64,000 bases of DNA, from assembly GCF_004010195.1 (NCBI RefSeq), contig NC_057751.1, forward strand, positions 9,493,611 through 9,557,610, written 5' to 3'. Position numbers and translations under genes: made by a program. Positions 28,466 through 42,885 of the stretch are shown piece after piece; positions within the stretch are counted from its first letter, which is position 1; every line of letters starts with the position of its first letter. The notes under the pieces were generated by a model, which did no database searches, was not told the DNA's origin, and was given only the letters and a program-made list of their open reading frames with translations. The stretch is from Chiloscyllium plagiosum (lineage: Eukaryota).

Positions 28466-29299
28466 AGAAGCCTGAGCAAAGCTAAAATCAATGGGAATCG
28501 AGGGGGGGTGGAAAAACCTCTCTGCTGATTGGATTCATAATTGGTACGAGGAAGCTGGTTTCACAAATATCTCAGAGCCAAGACATCTCTACAGGAATTC
28601 CTCAGGGTGGTTTCTTGGACTCAACCAACATCACCTGCTTTATCAATTGTTCCTCCATTGTACAGTCTAAAGTAAGGACATTCATTGGTGACTGCACAAT
28701 GTTGCACACCATTCGAGACACCTCAGATACTGAAACAGTGTCCAAATGATGCAAGACCTGGCTAATATCCAGGCTGACGCTGACAAGTGGCAAGGAACAT
28801 TCATCCACACAAATGCCAGGCAATGACCATCTCCAACAAGAGAGAACCCAACCATTATCCTTTAACTTTCAATGCATTATCATTGCTGAATCCCCATTAT
28901 CACCACCGAAAAACTTTTATTCTTTCCACCACCAATGCCCAGCAACAATATGCAGTACAGAAATCCACCAAGGCTTTTTAGACAACACCTTGCAAACTCA
29001 GAACCACTACTAACTGGAAGAATAAGAGCTGCAAATATATGGGAATACCACCATCTGCAAGTTCCTCTCCAAGCCACTCATCATACCACTGTTCCTTCAG
29101 TGTCACTGGATCAAAATCCTGGAACTCCCACCCCTAGACACTGGACTGCAGTGGTTCAAGATGACAGCTCATCACCACCTTCCCAAGAGCAACTGGGGAT
29201 GGGCAAGAAATGCTGACCCAGTCAGGGAACCCACATTCACTGAATGAATTTTTTAAAAGTGCAAAATATATGTTTTAAATAACATAAAATGATATCTGG

Positions 29300-30570
29300 A
29301 ACCAAAAGATGCATGGGATCCACAGTGATTTGGCTGTGTGAAAGCAGAATTGGCTTGCCCATAGAAGGCAGAGGGTCGTGGTGGAAAGGTGTTTTTCTGC
29401 CAGGAGGTCTGTAAGTAGTGGTGTTCTGCAGGGATCCATACGAGAACCTCTGCTGTTCGTAACATATAGAAATGACCTGGATGAAAATGTACATGGGTGG
29501 GTTAGTAAGCTTGCAGAAAATACAATGATCGATGGAGTTGTGGATAATGTCAAAGGATACAGGAGGATATGGATCAGTTGCAAATATGGGTGGAGAAATG
29601 GCAGAGGGTTTAATCTGGGTAAGTGTGAGGTGCTGGAAAAGTATACAGTTCATGGCAGGATCCTGAACAGCATTGAGGTACAGAAAGATATTGAGGTTCA
29701 AGTTCCCTGAAAGTGGCCACGCAAGTAGATAAGGTGGTAAATAAGGCATATAGCATGCTTGCCTTTATTGATTGGGAATTGAATACAAGAGTCAGGACGT
29801 CATGTTGCAGCTTTATAAAACTTTGGTTAGGCCACAGTTAATATTTCATTTAATTCTGGTTGCCACATTACAGAAAGGATGTGGAGGTTTTGGAGAAGAT
29901 GCAGAAGAGGTTTACCACTGTACTGATTGGGACCAGCTGGATCTTGTTTTCTGCGAAATCATAATTGGAGTTGTTAACCTGGGCCAATCAGGAAAGCCTT
30001 GGCTGACCAATATATTCAGGAGAAAAAAAAACATAACCAGGAGATTTAGAATTTCCTCAGTTGAGGACTGACTCTGAGCTGGCTGGCTACTGCCAGTGCA
30101 CAAGTAAATAAAGACTGACTTTGTGATGGGACCTGGCCTTTGTGCAGTTACTTCAACCAGGATGCTGTCTAGATTCGAGGGTTTGGGCTGTAAGGAGAGG
30201 ATAGAAAATCTTGGGTTGTTTTCTCTGGATCAGTGGAGGCTAAGGGGAGACTTGACAGAAGTGTATAAAATTATGAAATGCATAGATAGGGTTGATGAAG
30301 TTGAAATATCTAATACGAGGAGGCATACATTTAAGATAAGAGGGAGAAAGTTCAAAGGAGATGTGACGTGCAAGTTTTTTACAAAGAGAGTGGTAGGATT
30401 CTGAACTGCGCTGCCAGGGTCATTGCGGAGGCAGATACAATCAGGGCAAGGAATGGAGGGATATGGACCAAGGGCAGGCAGAAGGGATTTGCTTAATTTG
30501 GCATCATGTGCGGCACAACACTGTGGGCAGAAGGGCCCCTTCCTATGCTGAACAGTTCTATGTTCTAAGT
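29300..30570 (+). mobile_element. CR1 LINE 3' part, split by a solo LTR
   Basis: ORFs 29378-29710, 29772-30071 and 30123-30404 have CR1 RT motifs; tail ttctatgttcta. Confidence 0.88.
29919..30155 (+). mobile_element. Solo LTR (TG...CA)
   Basis: Begins tgtact and ends acttca; flanks accac/accag; contains ccaat and aataaa; second copy on the minus strand at about 44506-45050. Confidence 0.65.
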
Positions 30571-31639
30571 AATAAATGCAGAGCAGCAATTATAAAAACA
30601 GTATTTGGGCAACATTGGGTACAGGTTAGAGAATTTAGCGTGGCTGGGATTTCAAAATCCTTTTAACCATGTAATTGTTGCAAAACACTGCATATGTGTC
30701 TGTCCAGTTCTTCCTTCTTTCTCAGTGTCCTTTTCTGGAAAATCTTTAATTCTGCAGATGAACTGCGGCACTGATGCAGTGACCTTGCTCAATGACGTTG
30801 TGCTTTCTGAGTCTGACCTGAAAATACAAACTGCAGTTTAAATGCAGACAGTTTCAGACTACAAGAGATGGAGACCGTGAGACAGGGAAGGCAAATAGAG
30901 AATGACAAAATGATTGCGTGTTAAGATAGAGACAAGTTGGGAGAGGCTGAGGAGTCAAATAAAAGAAATAACCTCAGTGATAGTTTGGTGAATGCAGATT
31001 CAACAATTCCCTTCTGAGTAATAGGGAGAGAAGGACTGCAGGGTTTTGTGAAAAGAGGTGTTGAGGTGAGGGGAGTAGAATGAACTGGATTGGTTTCTGA
31101 AAGAAGTAGTCCACGCTCATTTGGGGTGAAAAGACTCCTGCAGGGCTGTACTAAGACTCTAAGAATGAAATTAATTCTTCCTGTTCTGAATGAGTGAAAA
31201 GCAAATAAAATTGCTGAGACTTTGTACAATTGCCTCTATTTTGTACAAGTATTTACACATGAGAGGATCTGATACATCCAGGTCAATGAAGTAGAGTTGA
31301 TTTTTTGGTAGCCACTTTAGGCTGACAATGGCACTCAGGTGTAAAGATGAATTAAATAAGTAATATAATTCAGACAGACAGTTTGTCCACTTCATAGATG
31401 CACAGAGAGTGAAATTTCACTCCAATATTGCAGAAGTTTGGGAAGCAGTGCAGGTACATCAGGCTCTTTCCACCAGAGAATGTTTGATGTGAAATGTCAA
31501 TGTATATTTAATATATGATATGTAACTGAAAGTGTAATGTGACACCTTAAATTGACACATACTGTATGAGAAAGAAACTGAACTGGACAGCGCTTCAACT
31601 GATAAAATTTGACCTTTTATGTCATAAGGACACGAACTC

Positions 31640-32460
31640 AAGAAATAGGAGCAGGCTCAGGCCATTCAACAAGATCATGGCTGATTGTAAGCTCCACTTA
31701 CCCATCCGCTCACCATAACATTTAATTCCTTTACTGTTCAAAATTCTACTTTTGCCTTAAAAACATTCAACGAGGTCGCCTGAAATGCTTCACTGGAGAC
31801 CAAAACTGCAAACAGTATTCCAGGTGTGGCCTCATCAGTTTGCTACACAATTGCAATATAACTTCCCTGTTTTAAAACTCTATGCCTCTTGCAATGAAGG
31901 ACAATATTCTATTTGCCTTCTTAATTTCTGGCTGCAGTTGCAAATCAACATTTTGTAATTCATGCATAAGGACACCCAGGTCCCTCTGAACAGCAGCATG
32001 CTGCAACTTTTCACCGTTTAAATAATAGTCCATTTTGCTGTTATTCCTACCAAAATGAATTATCTCACATTTACCAACATTGTACTCCATCTGCCAGACC
32101 CTTGCCCACTAACTTAACCTATCTATATCCCTCTACAAACAGGCTCTTCCACTCATCTGAGTGTCATCTGCAAACTTTGACACATTACATATGATCTCCA
32201 ACCCCAAATCATCAATGCAAATTGTAAACAATTGCAGTCCCAATACTGATTCCTGAGGCACATCATGAGTCACTGATCTCCAACCAGAAAACCATTCATT
32301 TAACCCCACTGTTTGCTTTCTGATAGTTGACCAATCCTCTATCCATGCACATATATTACCCGTAATGTGATGCACCTTTATCTTGTGGAACAGCCTTTTG
32401 TTCAGCACTTTGCTGAAAGACTTCTGAAAATCCAAATACACCACATCCACCACTTCTCCG
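31640..32460 (-). mobile_element. CR1 LINE fragment
   Basis: ORFs 32133-32453 (VYLDFQK...FADDT) and 31872-32090. Confidence 0.88.
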
Positions 32461-33062
32461 TGTCCTTTTCCAAGTTATTCTGAATAAAGTCTTTTGTTAA
32501 TAACAAAAGTAAGTCAAGCAGCTGCAGTCATACACATGCACAGTGACACAAGCAAATTCTCATGAACAGCACTTTCATATCTGAAATCTGTGTTTTCCAA
32601 TTTCCGCAACCCAAGTGGGCTTGCACTCTCAGCCTCAGTGCTGACCTGGTGAGGTGTCCTCTCAGCATAGTATGGCTTCCTCATGGCCCATTGTGGCTTC
32701 TTCTTGGCCCAGTGTGGCTACCTCTCAGCTTGGCATGGCAGTCTCAGCCCCAGCATGACAATCTCCCTGGCCAGCCATGGCAGTCTTTTGGCAACCCATC
32801 ATGGTGGTCTCCTGGCCTGGTGGCGATCTGTTGGCAGCCTGTGGTAGTTTTTCAGTCTGGTGTGGCCTCAGCACGGACTACCAGTCTTCAAGGCTTGGCA
32901 CATACACAGAGGAAAGGAGCCAGGGTGATCTGGGTTGGAAAGACTGTTATGTTAACTTTTTATTTCTCTATTTTAGTAATTTATTCCTATGATCTGTAAT
33001 GCCGGACTTCATTTTTTTATTTTTCTAATTTTATTTTCTAATTTTTTCCCTTAAGAACTTGT

Positions 33063-33925
33063 AGAGTCATAGAGATGTACAGCATGGAAACAGACCCTTC
33101 GGTCCAACCTGTCCACGCCGACCAGATATCCCAACCCAATCTAGTCCCACCTGCCAGCACCCGGCCCATATCCCTCCAAACCCTTCCTATTCATATACCC
33201 ATCCAAATGCCTCTTAAATGTTGCAATTGTATCAGCCTCCACCACATCCTCTGGCAGCTCATTCCATATACGCACCACCCTCTGTGTGAAAAGGTTGCCC
33301 CTTAGGTCTCTTTTATATCTTTCCCCTCTCACCCTAAACCTATACCCTCTAGTTCTGGACTCCCCGATCCCAGGGAAAAGACTTTGTCTATTTATCCTAT
33401 CCATGCCCCTCATAATTTTGTAAACCTCTATAAGGTTACCCCTCAGCCTCCGACGCTCCAGAGAAAACAGACCCAGCCTGTTCAGCCTCTCCCTATAGCT
33501 CAAATCCTCCAACCCTGGCAACATCCTTGTAAATCTTTTCTGAACCCTTTCAAGTTTCACAACATCTTTCCGATAGGAAGGAGACCAGAATTGCACGCAA
33601 TATTCCAACAGTGGCCTAACCAATGTCCTGTACAGCCGCAACATGACCTCCCAACTCCTATAACTCAGTACTCTGACCAATAAAGGAAGGCATACCAAAT
33701 GCCTTCTTCACTATCCTATCCACCTGCGACTCCACTTTCAAGGAGCTATGAACCTGCACTCCAAGATCTCTTTGTTCAGCAACACTCCCTAGGACCTTAC
33801 CATTAAGTGTATAAGTCCTGCTAAGATTTGCTTTCCCAAAATGCAGCACCTCACATTTATCTGCAAACTTACTAACCGTACCTCTTATGCTCGTATCCAA
33901 ATCTATTATGTAAATGACAAAAGTA
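33063..33925 (-). mobile_element. Young CR1 LINE 3' part
   Basis: Intact 185-aa C-terminal ORF 33141-33698 (LEYCVQFWSP...FTQRVVRIWNELP); inserted in another repeat (32580-34035) related to 52470-52990. Confidence 0.95.
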
Positions 33926-34689
33926 CTGAAGAATCTGTACCTTGTAGTTAAGATGGCACTGTAACTGGCGTCTTGAAAGACTTTTTTCACTGTAGTCCTT
34001 TTAGTACATGTGACAATAAAGCTAATTCAATTCAATTGTTGATTTCCAATTATTTGTCCATCTTTTCAGATGTTTGTGTGATCTGCTGCCACCAAGTGGA
34101 TCAACTCTGTTATAAGTGTACAAGAGCAGTTGGTTTTCATAACAGATAGAAGAGAATGGGCCCATTTGTTCTGAAGTTCAGAAGAATGGGAAGTATTTTC
34201 AGACAAATATGAAAATGTCTGAGAGTACTTGGCAGGGTAGATGCTGAAAGTATGTTTCTCTGGCTTTATAGCCTAAAACTAATGTCAGATACTCAGGTCT
34301 GATGCAGGGACAAATTTCTTCACCATGAGGGTTCGAAATCTTAAGAATTATCTTGACTAGAGGACTAAGGATGTCAACATTGACAGATTTTAAGGGAATA
34401 AGGTTAGATACTAACAGAGGGATTAGAAACAGGAACCATGGGCGCCTTGAACCTGTTCAATAAAATCAGATGGTCGCTGATTTACGAATGCTCACATGTA
34501 CAACTAGGATCCTATATTACTACTCATTTTAAGGATCTGACATGTGAACATTTGATCATACTTATGAATGGATATTTTATATTTTTCTGTGTTGTGTTCT
34601 GACTTGTGTATAAACTGACTTAAGAACATACTCAGAAACAGAATTCGTTCATAATCTGGGCACTACCTGTAACTCAACATTCCACATTG

Positions 34690-35330
34690 CCCCTGTTTGC
34701 TTGTCAAATGTTTGTTTCCACTTTAAAATGTTCAAAGACTTTGTCAAAAAACATTTGAAAAAGCAAATTTCAAAGACTCTCAGTCCTCTGAGAAGAAATT
34801 TTTTATCATCTCTGTCTTAAATGGGTGACTCCTTATTTTGAAACAGTGACCACTGGTTCTAGATTCTTCTCAGAAAGAAACATTCTTTCCATCTGAACAT
34901 TTTCACAACCATTCAGGAAATTCAAGTCACCTCTTGCTCTGCTGAATTTCATGAGATAGAAGCCTGCCTGTCAAACCTCTAATAATGAGACAACCTCCCA
35001 TTCCAGTTATTTATCTGGTAAACCTTCTGTGCATTCCTTTCCATGCAGTTATATCCTCCTTAAGTCAGGAGACCAAGACTGAACGAAGTACTCAGATGTG
35101 ATCTCACCAACCCCCTATATAAGTGACACAAAACCACCCCAACTTCCATCTTCATTTCCTTATTTACTTTTATTTCGGTGATGTTACTTGCATTCTGTAC
35201 AATGAAAACTAATGCAAAATACCCGTTCACTTCAGCTGACATCTCCTTATTTTCCATTATTAAACCACCATGCTCACTTTCTGTGTCAAATGAATCCTCA
35301 CTTTGTGAACTCATTTCTTTCTAAAATATC
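34690..35330 (-). mobile_element. Old CR1 fragment
   Basis: LYRGLVRSHL and MAxELNxYFALVF-like remnants. Confidence 0.6.
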
Positions 35331-36109
35331 TCTACAGACTATTTTTAAAAACTAGCTAGTATTCTCTCTTGCTCCTTATTATGTTTTTAGTCATTCTGGA
35401 CTAAATTGTCTGATTTTGTCTGATCTTCTAACTATCATCTACTCACCCACGTTTGCTCAATTATATGATTTTTCTAACAAATCAATACAGTCCTTAATAT
35501 TTTTCGGACATCACTTTGTCCTCTCTTGGAATTTTTCCTTGTAAAAAAGTTGGTAAACAAGTTGGAATGTATCCTCCTCTGTATTCTCAAATATTGGCGA
35601 AGTACCTGTACTTAAGCGTCCTTAACCAAATTTGTCGGTTCACTTTAGCTTTCACACTCTCATAATTGCCTGACTTAACTTTAAAATATTAGTTTTGGAC
35701 TCATCTTCCTGCAACTTAATAGAACTTTCAATCATATTATGATATATTTAAACATATCATGGTCTGAGATAGGTGGGAAGAGAGAATTGAGGTGGAGGAT
35801 TGTTCATTATGTTATTGAATGGCAGAGCAGGCTGAAAAGAAAACGTGAATTACTTGACTTCTTGTCTTCTACAAATAAATGTTGTTATTCATAATCAAGA
35901 CTGCGAGGCAGTATGACCAGATTCCAACTGATTGTGTGAGAGTACTTATTTTCCATAAATTAAAGATCACAAACATATTTTCTTCTCCATCAGGATTGAC
36001 TCAAAAGTTTAAGTTCATTCAGTACAATGACTCACTGACCATATATTTCTTTATAGGGAGTCATTATGTGAAAAATATTTGTGCTGAACACCTTATACAT
36101 GGATTTAAT

Positions 36110-36635
36110 AGCTATTGGTTAGCACTGCTGCCTCACAGTACCAGATATCCGGATTTGATTCCAATCTCCAAAAAATTGTCTCGTATCTTTTTTAAAATCT
36201 TTCTCCTCTCAGCTTAAAATATGCCGCCGAGCCTTGAAATCCCACTGTAGGGAAAAGACACCCTCCATTCACCTTAACTACACCCTTTGTTATTTTATAA
36301 ACCTCTCTGAGGTCACTTCTCAACCTCCTATAACTCCAGTGAAAAAGGTCCCAGCCTATCTAACCTTTCCTTATAGCTCAAATTCTATATTCCTTGCAAC
36401 ATCCTGGTAAATCTCTTCTGAAACAGGTGTTCTGGTTTCCTCCCACAGTTCAAAGATGTGCAGGTTTGATGGATTGGCCATGCTAAATTATCCTGTAGTG
36501 TCCAAGGATGTGTACGCTGGGTAGATTACTCATGGAAAATGCAGGGTTTTTGGGATAGGGTAGAGTGGGATACGCCTTGGTGTGGACTCATTTGGCCAAA
36601 TGGCTGCTTCCACTCTGTAGAGATTCTATAATTCT
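36110..36635 (+). mobile_element. HE1-like SINE interrupted by a minus-strand CR1 piece (about 36200-36425)
   Basis: Head tggttagcactgctgcctcacag at 36116; V-domain/tail resumes at 36425. Confidence 0.75.
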
Positions 36636-38604
36636 ATCACACTGTACAAAGTGTGACTAATTCATCACTTACTTATTGACAATTGTCTCCAAACAAATAG
36701 GAATCACAATTTAATCTGTCAATCACATTTGAAATACAAAGTCTTCAATATATATCAGTGAAGTATTTCTCCAGGCTTTTCTGTCAACATGGAGATTCAC
36801 TTGGGCCAAACAGGGAGTCAGAGGCAGCTCTGTGATCATCAGTCAAAATTCTCTGCTCAATGCTCAAACTGCACCCCCAATGCAATATGCACAGTGTACT
36901 TATAATACAGATGCTGAAATGTACAGTTGGAAACAACAATTATCATGGATCTATAGACATCCATGCATATCCTTTTCTAATTGAGAATATGTGTGAGACA
37001 GACAATGTGATTGGGGAAGTATGGCAGTTTCTTCAGGCAATATGAGTGAGAAGGAAAGTTCTTGCTAATCAACAAGGCACAGTCACCTCACCTTCATTTC
37101 CTCTCTGTTTATCAGGCCAGGTTATTCAGGAGCAAACTGATTGTGTAATTTACAGATTGCAATTGTGGGTGCCCATTAAGAGGTCGAAAAGGAAAAGGAA
37201 ATAATTGAAAATCTGGAGACTCTGAATGAAATAGGAACGGTCCATTTCTTATGAATTTTGTTATGCATATTGTCATAGAAAAAACAAACCGTAAACATAC
37301 TGTTGCTGTCAGGCAGCAGAATGAGGAAATGTAGCACAGATCCTGCAAGTGGAAATTTTTCACGAGGTGTTAGTTGTGTCAAATAAATGACTCAAGCTCT
37401 CTCTTAAAACTCGTTATATCATCAATATTCACAACATGCCTAAATTAACACAATCAAAAAGCTGACACAAATCTCAATTTTCTTTCAACACAAATCTATC
37501 AAGTGTGTACCAGGACATGGTGAGAAACTAGGGAAGACACTATGGGGCCTCTCGCAGATATATTTGTACTTCAACAGTTATGGTGAGGTGCTGGAAGACT
37601 GGAGAGTAGCTAATGTGCCATTATTTCAGAAAGGTTGCATAGAAAAGCCAAAGAACTGCAGACCAATGAGTTTGACATCCGTGATGGATAACTTGTTGGG
37701 GGGATTGAGAGAGACAGGATTTACATACACTTGGAAAGGCAAGAAGTGATTAGAGATAGTCAGCATGGCTTTGTGCGTAGGAAATCATACCTGGCTAAAT
37801 TGAATGGTTTTTTTAAGGATGTGACCAAGAATATAGATGAAGTCAGAGCAACAGACATTGTCTGCATGGACTTTAGCAAGACCTTTGACAAGGTTCCATA
37901 TGGTAAACTAGTAAATAACGTTAGATCACAGGGGATCTGGAGAAAGCTAGCCAATTGGCTCCAAAATTGATGCTTTACGTCTCTTTCAGAATTTCCAGTT
38001 TGCAGGCTCAGCTGTCTCCTCTTTGCCATGGATGTGTAATCCCCTTAAATGTCCATTCCCCATCAGGATGGTCACAGGGTCCTCCACTTCCTCCTGGAGA
38101 AAGGGCCTGAACTATCCCCATCCACCATCACCTTCCTCCATCTGGCTAAGCTCGTCCTCACCCTAAACAACTTCTCTTTTAACTCCACTCACTTTCTTCA
38201 GGTCAGAGGGTGGCATGGACGCCAGATATACCTGTCTGTTTGTAGGGTATGTGGAACATTGCTTGTTCCAGTCCTTCTCTGGTATATCGATGATATCATT
38301 GTTGCTGCTTCCCTCTCTCATCTGGAATTGGAAAAGTTTATAAATTACGCTTCCAATTTCCACCCAGCTCTCACCTTCACCTGGTTTATCTCTGACTCCT
38401 TCTTTCACTTCCACAACATCTCTGTTTCCATTTTTGGGGATAGGATAGCCACCAATATTCACTGCAAAACACCTGACTCATACAGTTACCTTGACTATAC
38501 ATCCTCATGCCCTGCTTCCTGAGACAGATGTATTGGCCAGGAGTCAAGGTGGTGTGTTGAAGTGGCAGGCAAGTGGAAGCTCAGTGTCTTTTTTGCGGAG
38601 AGAA

Positions 38605-39140
38605 TCAATTTAGGTAAAGGGGCAGTAATGGAATCAATCTAGGTAAAGGGGCAATACAGAGAGATTTGGGTGTTCTTGTACACAGTCAATGAAGGTAAGC
38701 ATGCAGGTACAGCAGGTAGTGAAGAAGGCTAATAGCATGCTGGCCTTCATAACAAGAGGGATTGAGTATAGAAGCAAGGAGGTTCTTCTGCAGCTGTACA
38801 GGGCCCTGGTGAGACCACACCTGGAGTATTGTGTGCAGTTCTGGTCTCCAAATTTGAGGAAAGACATTCTGGGGTAGACTATTTAGGACAGAGATGAGGA
38901 GAAACCTCTTCACCCAGAGAGTGGTGGCTGTGTGGAATGCTCTGCCCCAGAGGGCAGTGGAGGCCCAGTCTCTGGATTCATTTAAGAAAGAGTTGGATAG
39001 TGCTGTCTAGGATAGTGGAGTCAAGGGTTATGGAGATAAGGCAGGAACAGGATATTGACTAAGGATGATCAGCCATGATCATATTGAATGGTGGTGCAGG
39101 CTCGAAGGGCAGAATGGCCTACTCCTGCACCTATTGTCTA
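38605..39140 (+). mobile_element. CR1 3' part nested in the Penelope element
   Basis: ORF 38689-38877; tail cctattgtctattg; same subfamily as 21296-22280. Confidence 0.9.
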
Positions 39141-40269
39141 TTGAATGGAGGTCTTCTGTGAAGCAGTCACCCAGTCTACGCTTGCCCAATGTAGAGGAGA
39201 ATCTATTCCATTATTCCAGGTCTTATATTTCCATTGCATCTGATCTGATGATGCCAACTTCAACAAGGGAGCTTCTGAAATGTCCACCTTCTTCCTCAAC
39301 TGAGGATTCTCCAGCACCATCGTTGACAGGGACCTCAGCTGGGTCCATCCTAGCTACAGCACTTCAGCCCATATCCTCTCTCTTCCTTCCCACAGCAGCA
39401 ATAAAGTCCTCCTTGTTGTCACTCTACCATACCACTTGCATCCATATCCAGGGGATCATTAGCTGCCATTTCCAGCAGGATACCTCCAACAGACACATAT
39501 TCCCTTCCCTGTCAGCCTTTTGCAAGGACCATTCCCTCTGGGACACCCTGGTCCATTCCTCCTTCACTCCCAACATGTCCACACAATCCCATGGCACCTT
39601 CCACTGCAACCACAGAAGGTTTAACACCTTTTCTCCTTATTTCCTCCCTCCTCAGTATCCAAGGGCCCAAATATGCCTTCCGGGTGAAGCAGCACTTTAC
39701 CTGCACTTCACTTAATCTCGTCAAATATATTCACTGCTCTCAGTGAGGTCTCCTCCACATTGGGAAAATGTGGGGATTGCAGATGCTGGAGAGTCAGAAT
39801 CAAAAAGTATGGTGGTGGAAGAGCACAGCGGGTCAGGCAACATCCAAAGAGCAGGGGAGTCGGTGTTTCAGGATGAAGGGCTTATACTTGAAATGTCGAC
39901 ACTCCTGCTCCTCGGATGTTGCTGTGCTTTTCCAGCGCCACAATTTTCAATTCTCCTCTACGTTGGGCAAACGAAGCATAAACTGGGTGGCTGCTTCACA
40001 GAATACTTACATTCTGTCCACAAAAAAGACCCTGAGCTGCCAGTTGCCTGCCACTTGTTCCATGGCCAACATCCCTGTCTCAGGCTTGCTGCAGTGCTCC
40101 AGCGCAGCGCAGTGCAAGCTAGAAGAACAGCACCTCATTTTCTGCTTGGGAACTCCATATACTTTGGTATTCAATTTTAGTTAAACAATTTTAGGGCTTG
40201 AGGCACCTTCTCCCCAGTCCTTACCCCAATACCTACACACCACCCATCATTTGCCACTAACTGTATGCT

Positions 40270-40747
40270 AAAAGGTTTACAAGGCTATTGCCAGGGTTGG
40301 AGGGCTCGAGCTGGAGGGAGAGGCTGAATAAGCTGGGGCTGTTTTCCCTGGTGCTTCAAAGGCTGAAAGGTGACTTTATAGAGGTTTATAAAATCATGAG
40401 GGGCATGGATAAGATAAATAGACAAGGTCTTTTCCCTGGGTTGGAGGAGGCCAGTATTAGAGGACATAGGTTTAGGGTGAGAAGGGAAAGATTTACAAGG
40501 GATCATTGGGGCAACATTCTCACACAGAGGGTGGTGTGTGTATGGATTGAGCTGCCAGAGGAAGTGGTGGAAGCTGGTAGAATTACAACATTTAAAAGAC
40601 ATCTGGATGGATATATGAAGAGGAAGAGTTGAGAAGGATATGGGCCAAGTGCTGGCAAATGGGACTAGATTAATTTAGGATATCTGGTTGGTTTGGATGA
40701 GTTGGACTGAAAGATCTGTTTTTATGTTGTACATCTCTATGACTCTA
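40270..40747 (+). mobile_element. CR1 3' part nested in the Penelope element
   Basis: ORF 40288-40632; tail ctctatgactcta. Confidence 0.9.
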
Positions 40748-42267
40748 ATACCGACTTATTCTCCTAAGCTGATTATTGTCCATTTCTTTGTCTGTACAAC
40801 TGTGCTTCTCTCTCATTGGGTTCTATTCCACCTATGATTTACTCTTTATTCCCTCCCTCACCCTGTCTTCTGCATATAAATCAACTTTTTCTGAGCTATC
40901 ATCAGTTCTGAGGAAGGTCTCTGAACCTGAAACATTAACTCTGATTTGTCTCCTTAGATGCTGCCAGATTTGCTGAGCCGTTTTAAGCAATTTCTGTTTT
41001 TGTTTTGGATACAAAATTGGCTTGACATTGGAGACAGAGTGTGGTGGTAGAGGGTTGTACAGGCTGGAGGCCTGTGACCAGCATTGATCCACAAGGACTG
41101 GTGCTGGGTCTGCTGTTGGTTGTCATTTATATGTACAATTTGGATGAGAATTTAGGAAACAAGGTTAATGAGTTTGCAGATGACACCAAAATTGGTGGTA
41201 TAATGAATAATGAAGAAAGTTATCTCAGAGTACAATGAGAACTTGATCAGCTAGGCCAGCGGGCCAAGGAATGGTCGATGGAGTTTTATTTAGAAAAATG
41301 CAAGGTGTTGCATTTTGGTAAGACAAACCAGAGCAGGATTTATACAGTTTATGGAAGCACCCTGTGGCATATTTTGAACAGAGAGACTTCGTGGTACTTA
41401 AAAGTGGCATCACAGGTAGACAGGGTGGTGAAGAAGGCATTTGGGATGCTTGCCTTTATTGGTCAGAGCACTGAGTACAGGAGCTGGGGCATTATGTTAT
41501 GGTGAACATCACAGGGGTAAAGCCATATTTGGAGTACTGCATACAATTGTGGTCACCCTGCTGTGGAAAGAATGTTATTAAACTGGAAAGGGTGCCAAAG
41601 AGATTGACGAGAATGTAACTAGATCTGGAGGGTCTTAGTTATAAGGAGAGGCTGGATAGATTGGGACTTTTTTTTCCCCTGAAGCATAGGAGGTTGAGAG
41701 GTGACCTTACAGAGATTTATAAAATCGTGAAGGGTACAGATAAGGTGAATAACCAAGATCTTTCCCCCAGGGTAGGGGGAGTCCAAACTAGAGGACACAG
41801 CTTTATTTAAAAGGGATATGAGGGGCAACTTTTTCACACAGAAGATAATACGTACATGGAACAAGCTGCTGGAGGGAGTGGTAGAGATGGGTACAACTAC
41901 ATCATTGTAAAGACATTGGACGGATGGGATATGAATCAAACTCAGGCAAATGTGACTCGTTTAGTTTAGGAAATCTGGTCAGCATGCACAAGATGAGCTG
42001 AAGGGTCTGATTCCATGCGATCTGACTCTATCACTTTCTATGCTGATTACACAAGTACCATTGAATTGGACAGCAAAGATTCTGAAATGTACAATATTTA
42101 ACATTTTTCCTTTAATCAATTTGTGTTCCTTTCTACTTTAATTCACACAGCATTCCAAGCATTTTTATCTTGTCGCTTTGGTCCCACAGGCTGTATGGAA
42201 TGTGATAAACTGCTTATTTTGCGCCAAATACTGTGGATGCTGGAAAATCTGAACAAACACAGAGAAC

Positions 42268-42885
42268 AGCTTGTCAGTTTGCTCGCTGGCTGCAAGATTT
42301 GTTCTTGGACATTTCATCACCATGGTAGGTAACATCATCAGTGAGCCTCCGTTGAAGTGGTGGGGTACTGTCCCACTTTCTATTTCTGTGACCCAGGATG
42401 GATGTAATGTCCCAGTCGAACTGGTATCCCTTGTTATCTGTGTGTAAGGAATGATAGTTGATTGCGTCTTTTGGTGGCTAGCTGGTGCTCGTATCTTGGT
42501 GGCTAATTTCCTGCCAGTTTGTCTGATGTAATGTTTGTGGTAATCCTTGCAGGGTATTTTGTATATGACGTTCGTTCTGCTGGTTGTTGGTCCAAGGTGC
42601 TTTAGATCCATCAAGAGCTATTTCAGTGTGTTGGTAGGTTTGTCCAAACACATTGATTTGGACCCCATTTACCAACCTCTTAGAAAAAGAACTGGAAGTG
42701 ATATCACCCACCAAACAGACCACGACACATAAATAGAAAGCGCGACAGTATACCAGCGCTTCAACTGAGGCTCACTAATGATGTTACCTAGCATGGTGAC
42801 AAAAGTCTGAGAACAAACCTTCCAGCCCAGCGAGCAAACTTACAACACGAATCACAATGTGAGCTACAAATCTTCACAAAAATTG
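42268..42885. mobile_element. Second Penelope family: GIY-YIG fragment (minus) with inverted terminal repeats and 14-bp TSD
   Basis: ORF 42165-42614 has TNVIYKIPCKD..KHYIRQTGRKL; caaacacagagaac is duplicated at 42254-42267 and 42886-42899. Confidence 0.85.

Larger units (their letters stand above)
37975..41005 (+). mobile_element. Penelope-like element (RT + GIY-YIG + terminal repeat), fragmented
   Basis: ORF 38049-38522 has YIDD and NNFSFNS; GIY-YIG part LYVGQTKHKLGGCFTEYL near 39960; terminal repeat at 40905-41005. Confidence 0.85.
37495..42040 (+). mobile_element. CR1 LINE (37495-37970 + 41010-42040) split by a nested stack
   Basis: RT reading ...KLANWLQN at 37970 resumes as caaaattggcttgac...gtggtggtagagggttg at 41010. 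Confidence 0.85.

Noticed and set aside
37050..37370. Cluster of GGAA/IRF/NF-kB-like motifs
   Set aside because: Short motifs in AT-rich DNA; not supportable without conservation or chromatin data.
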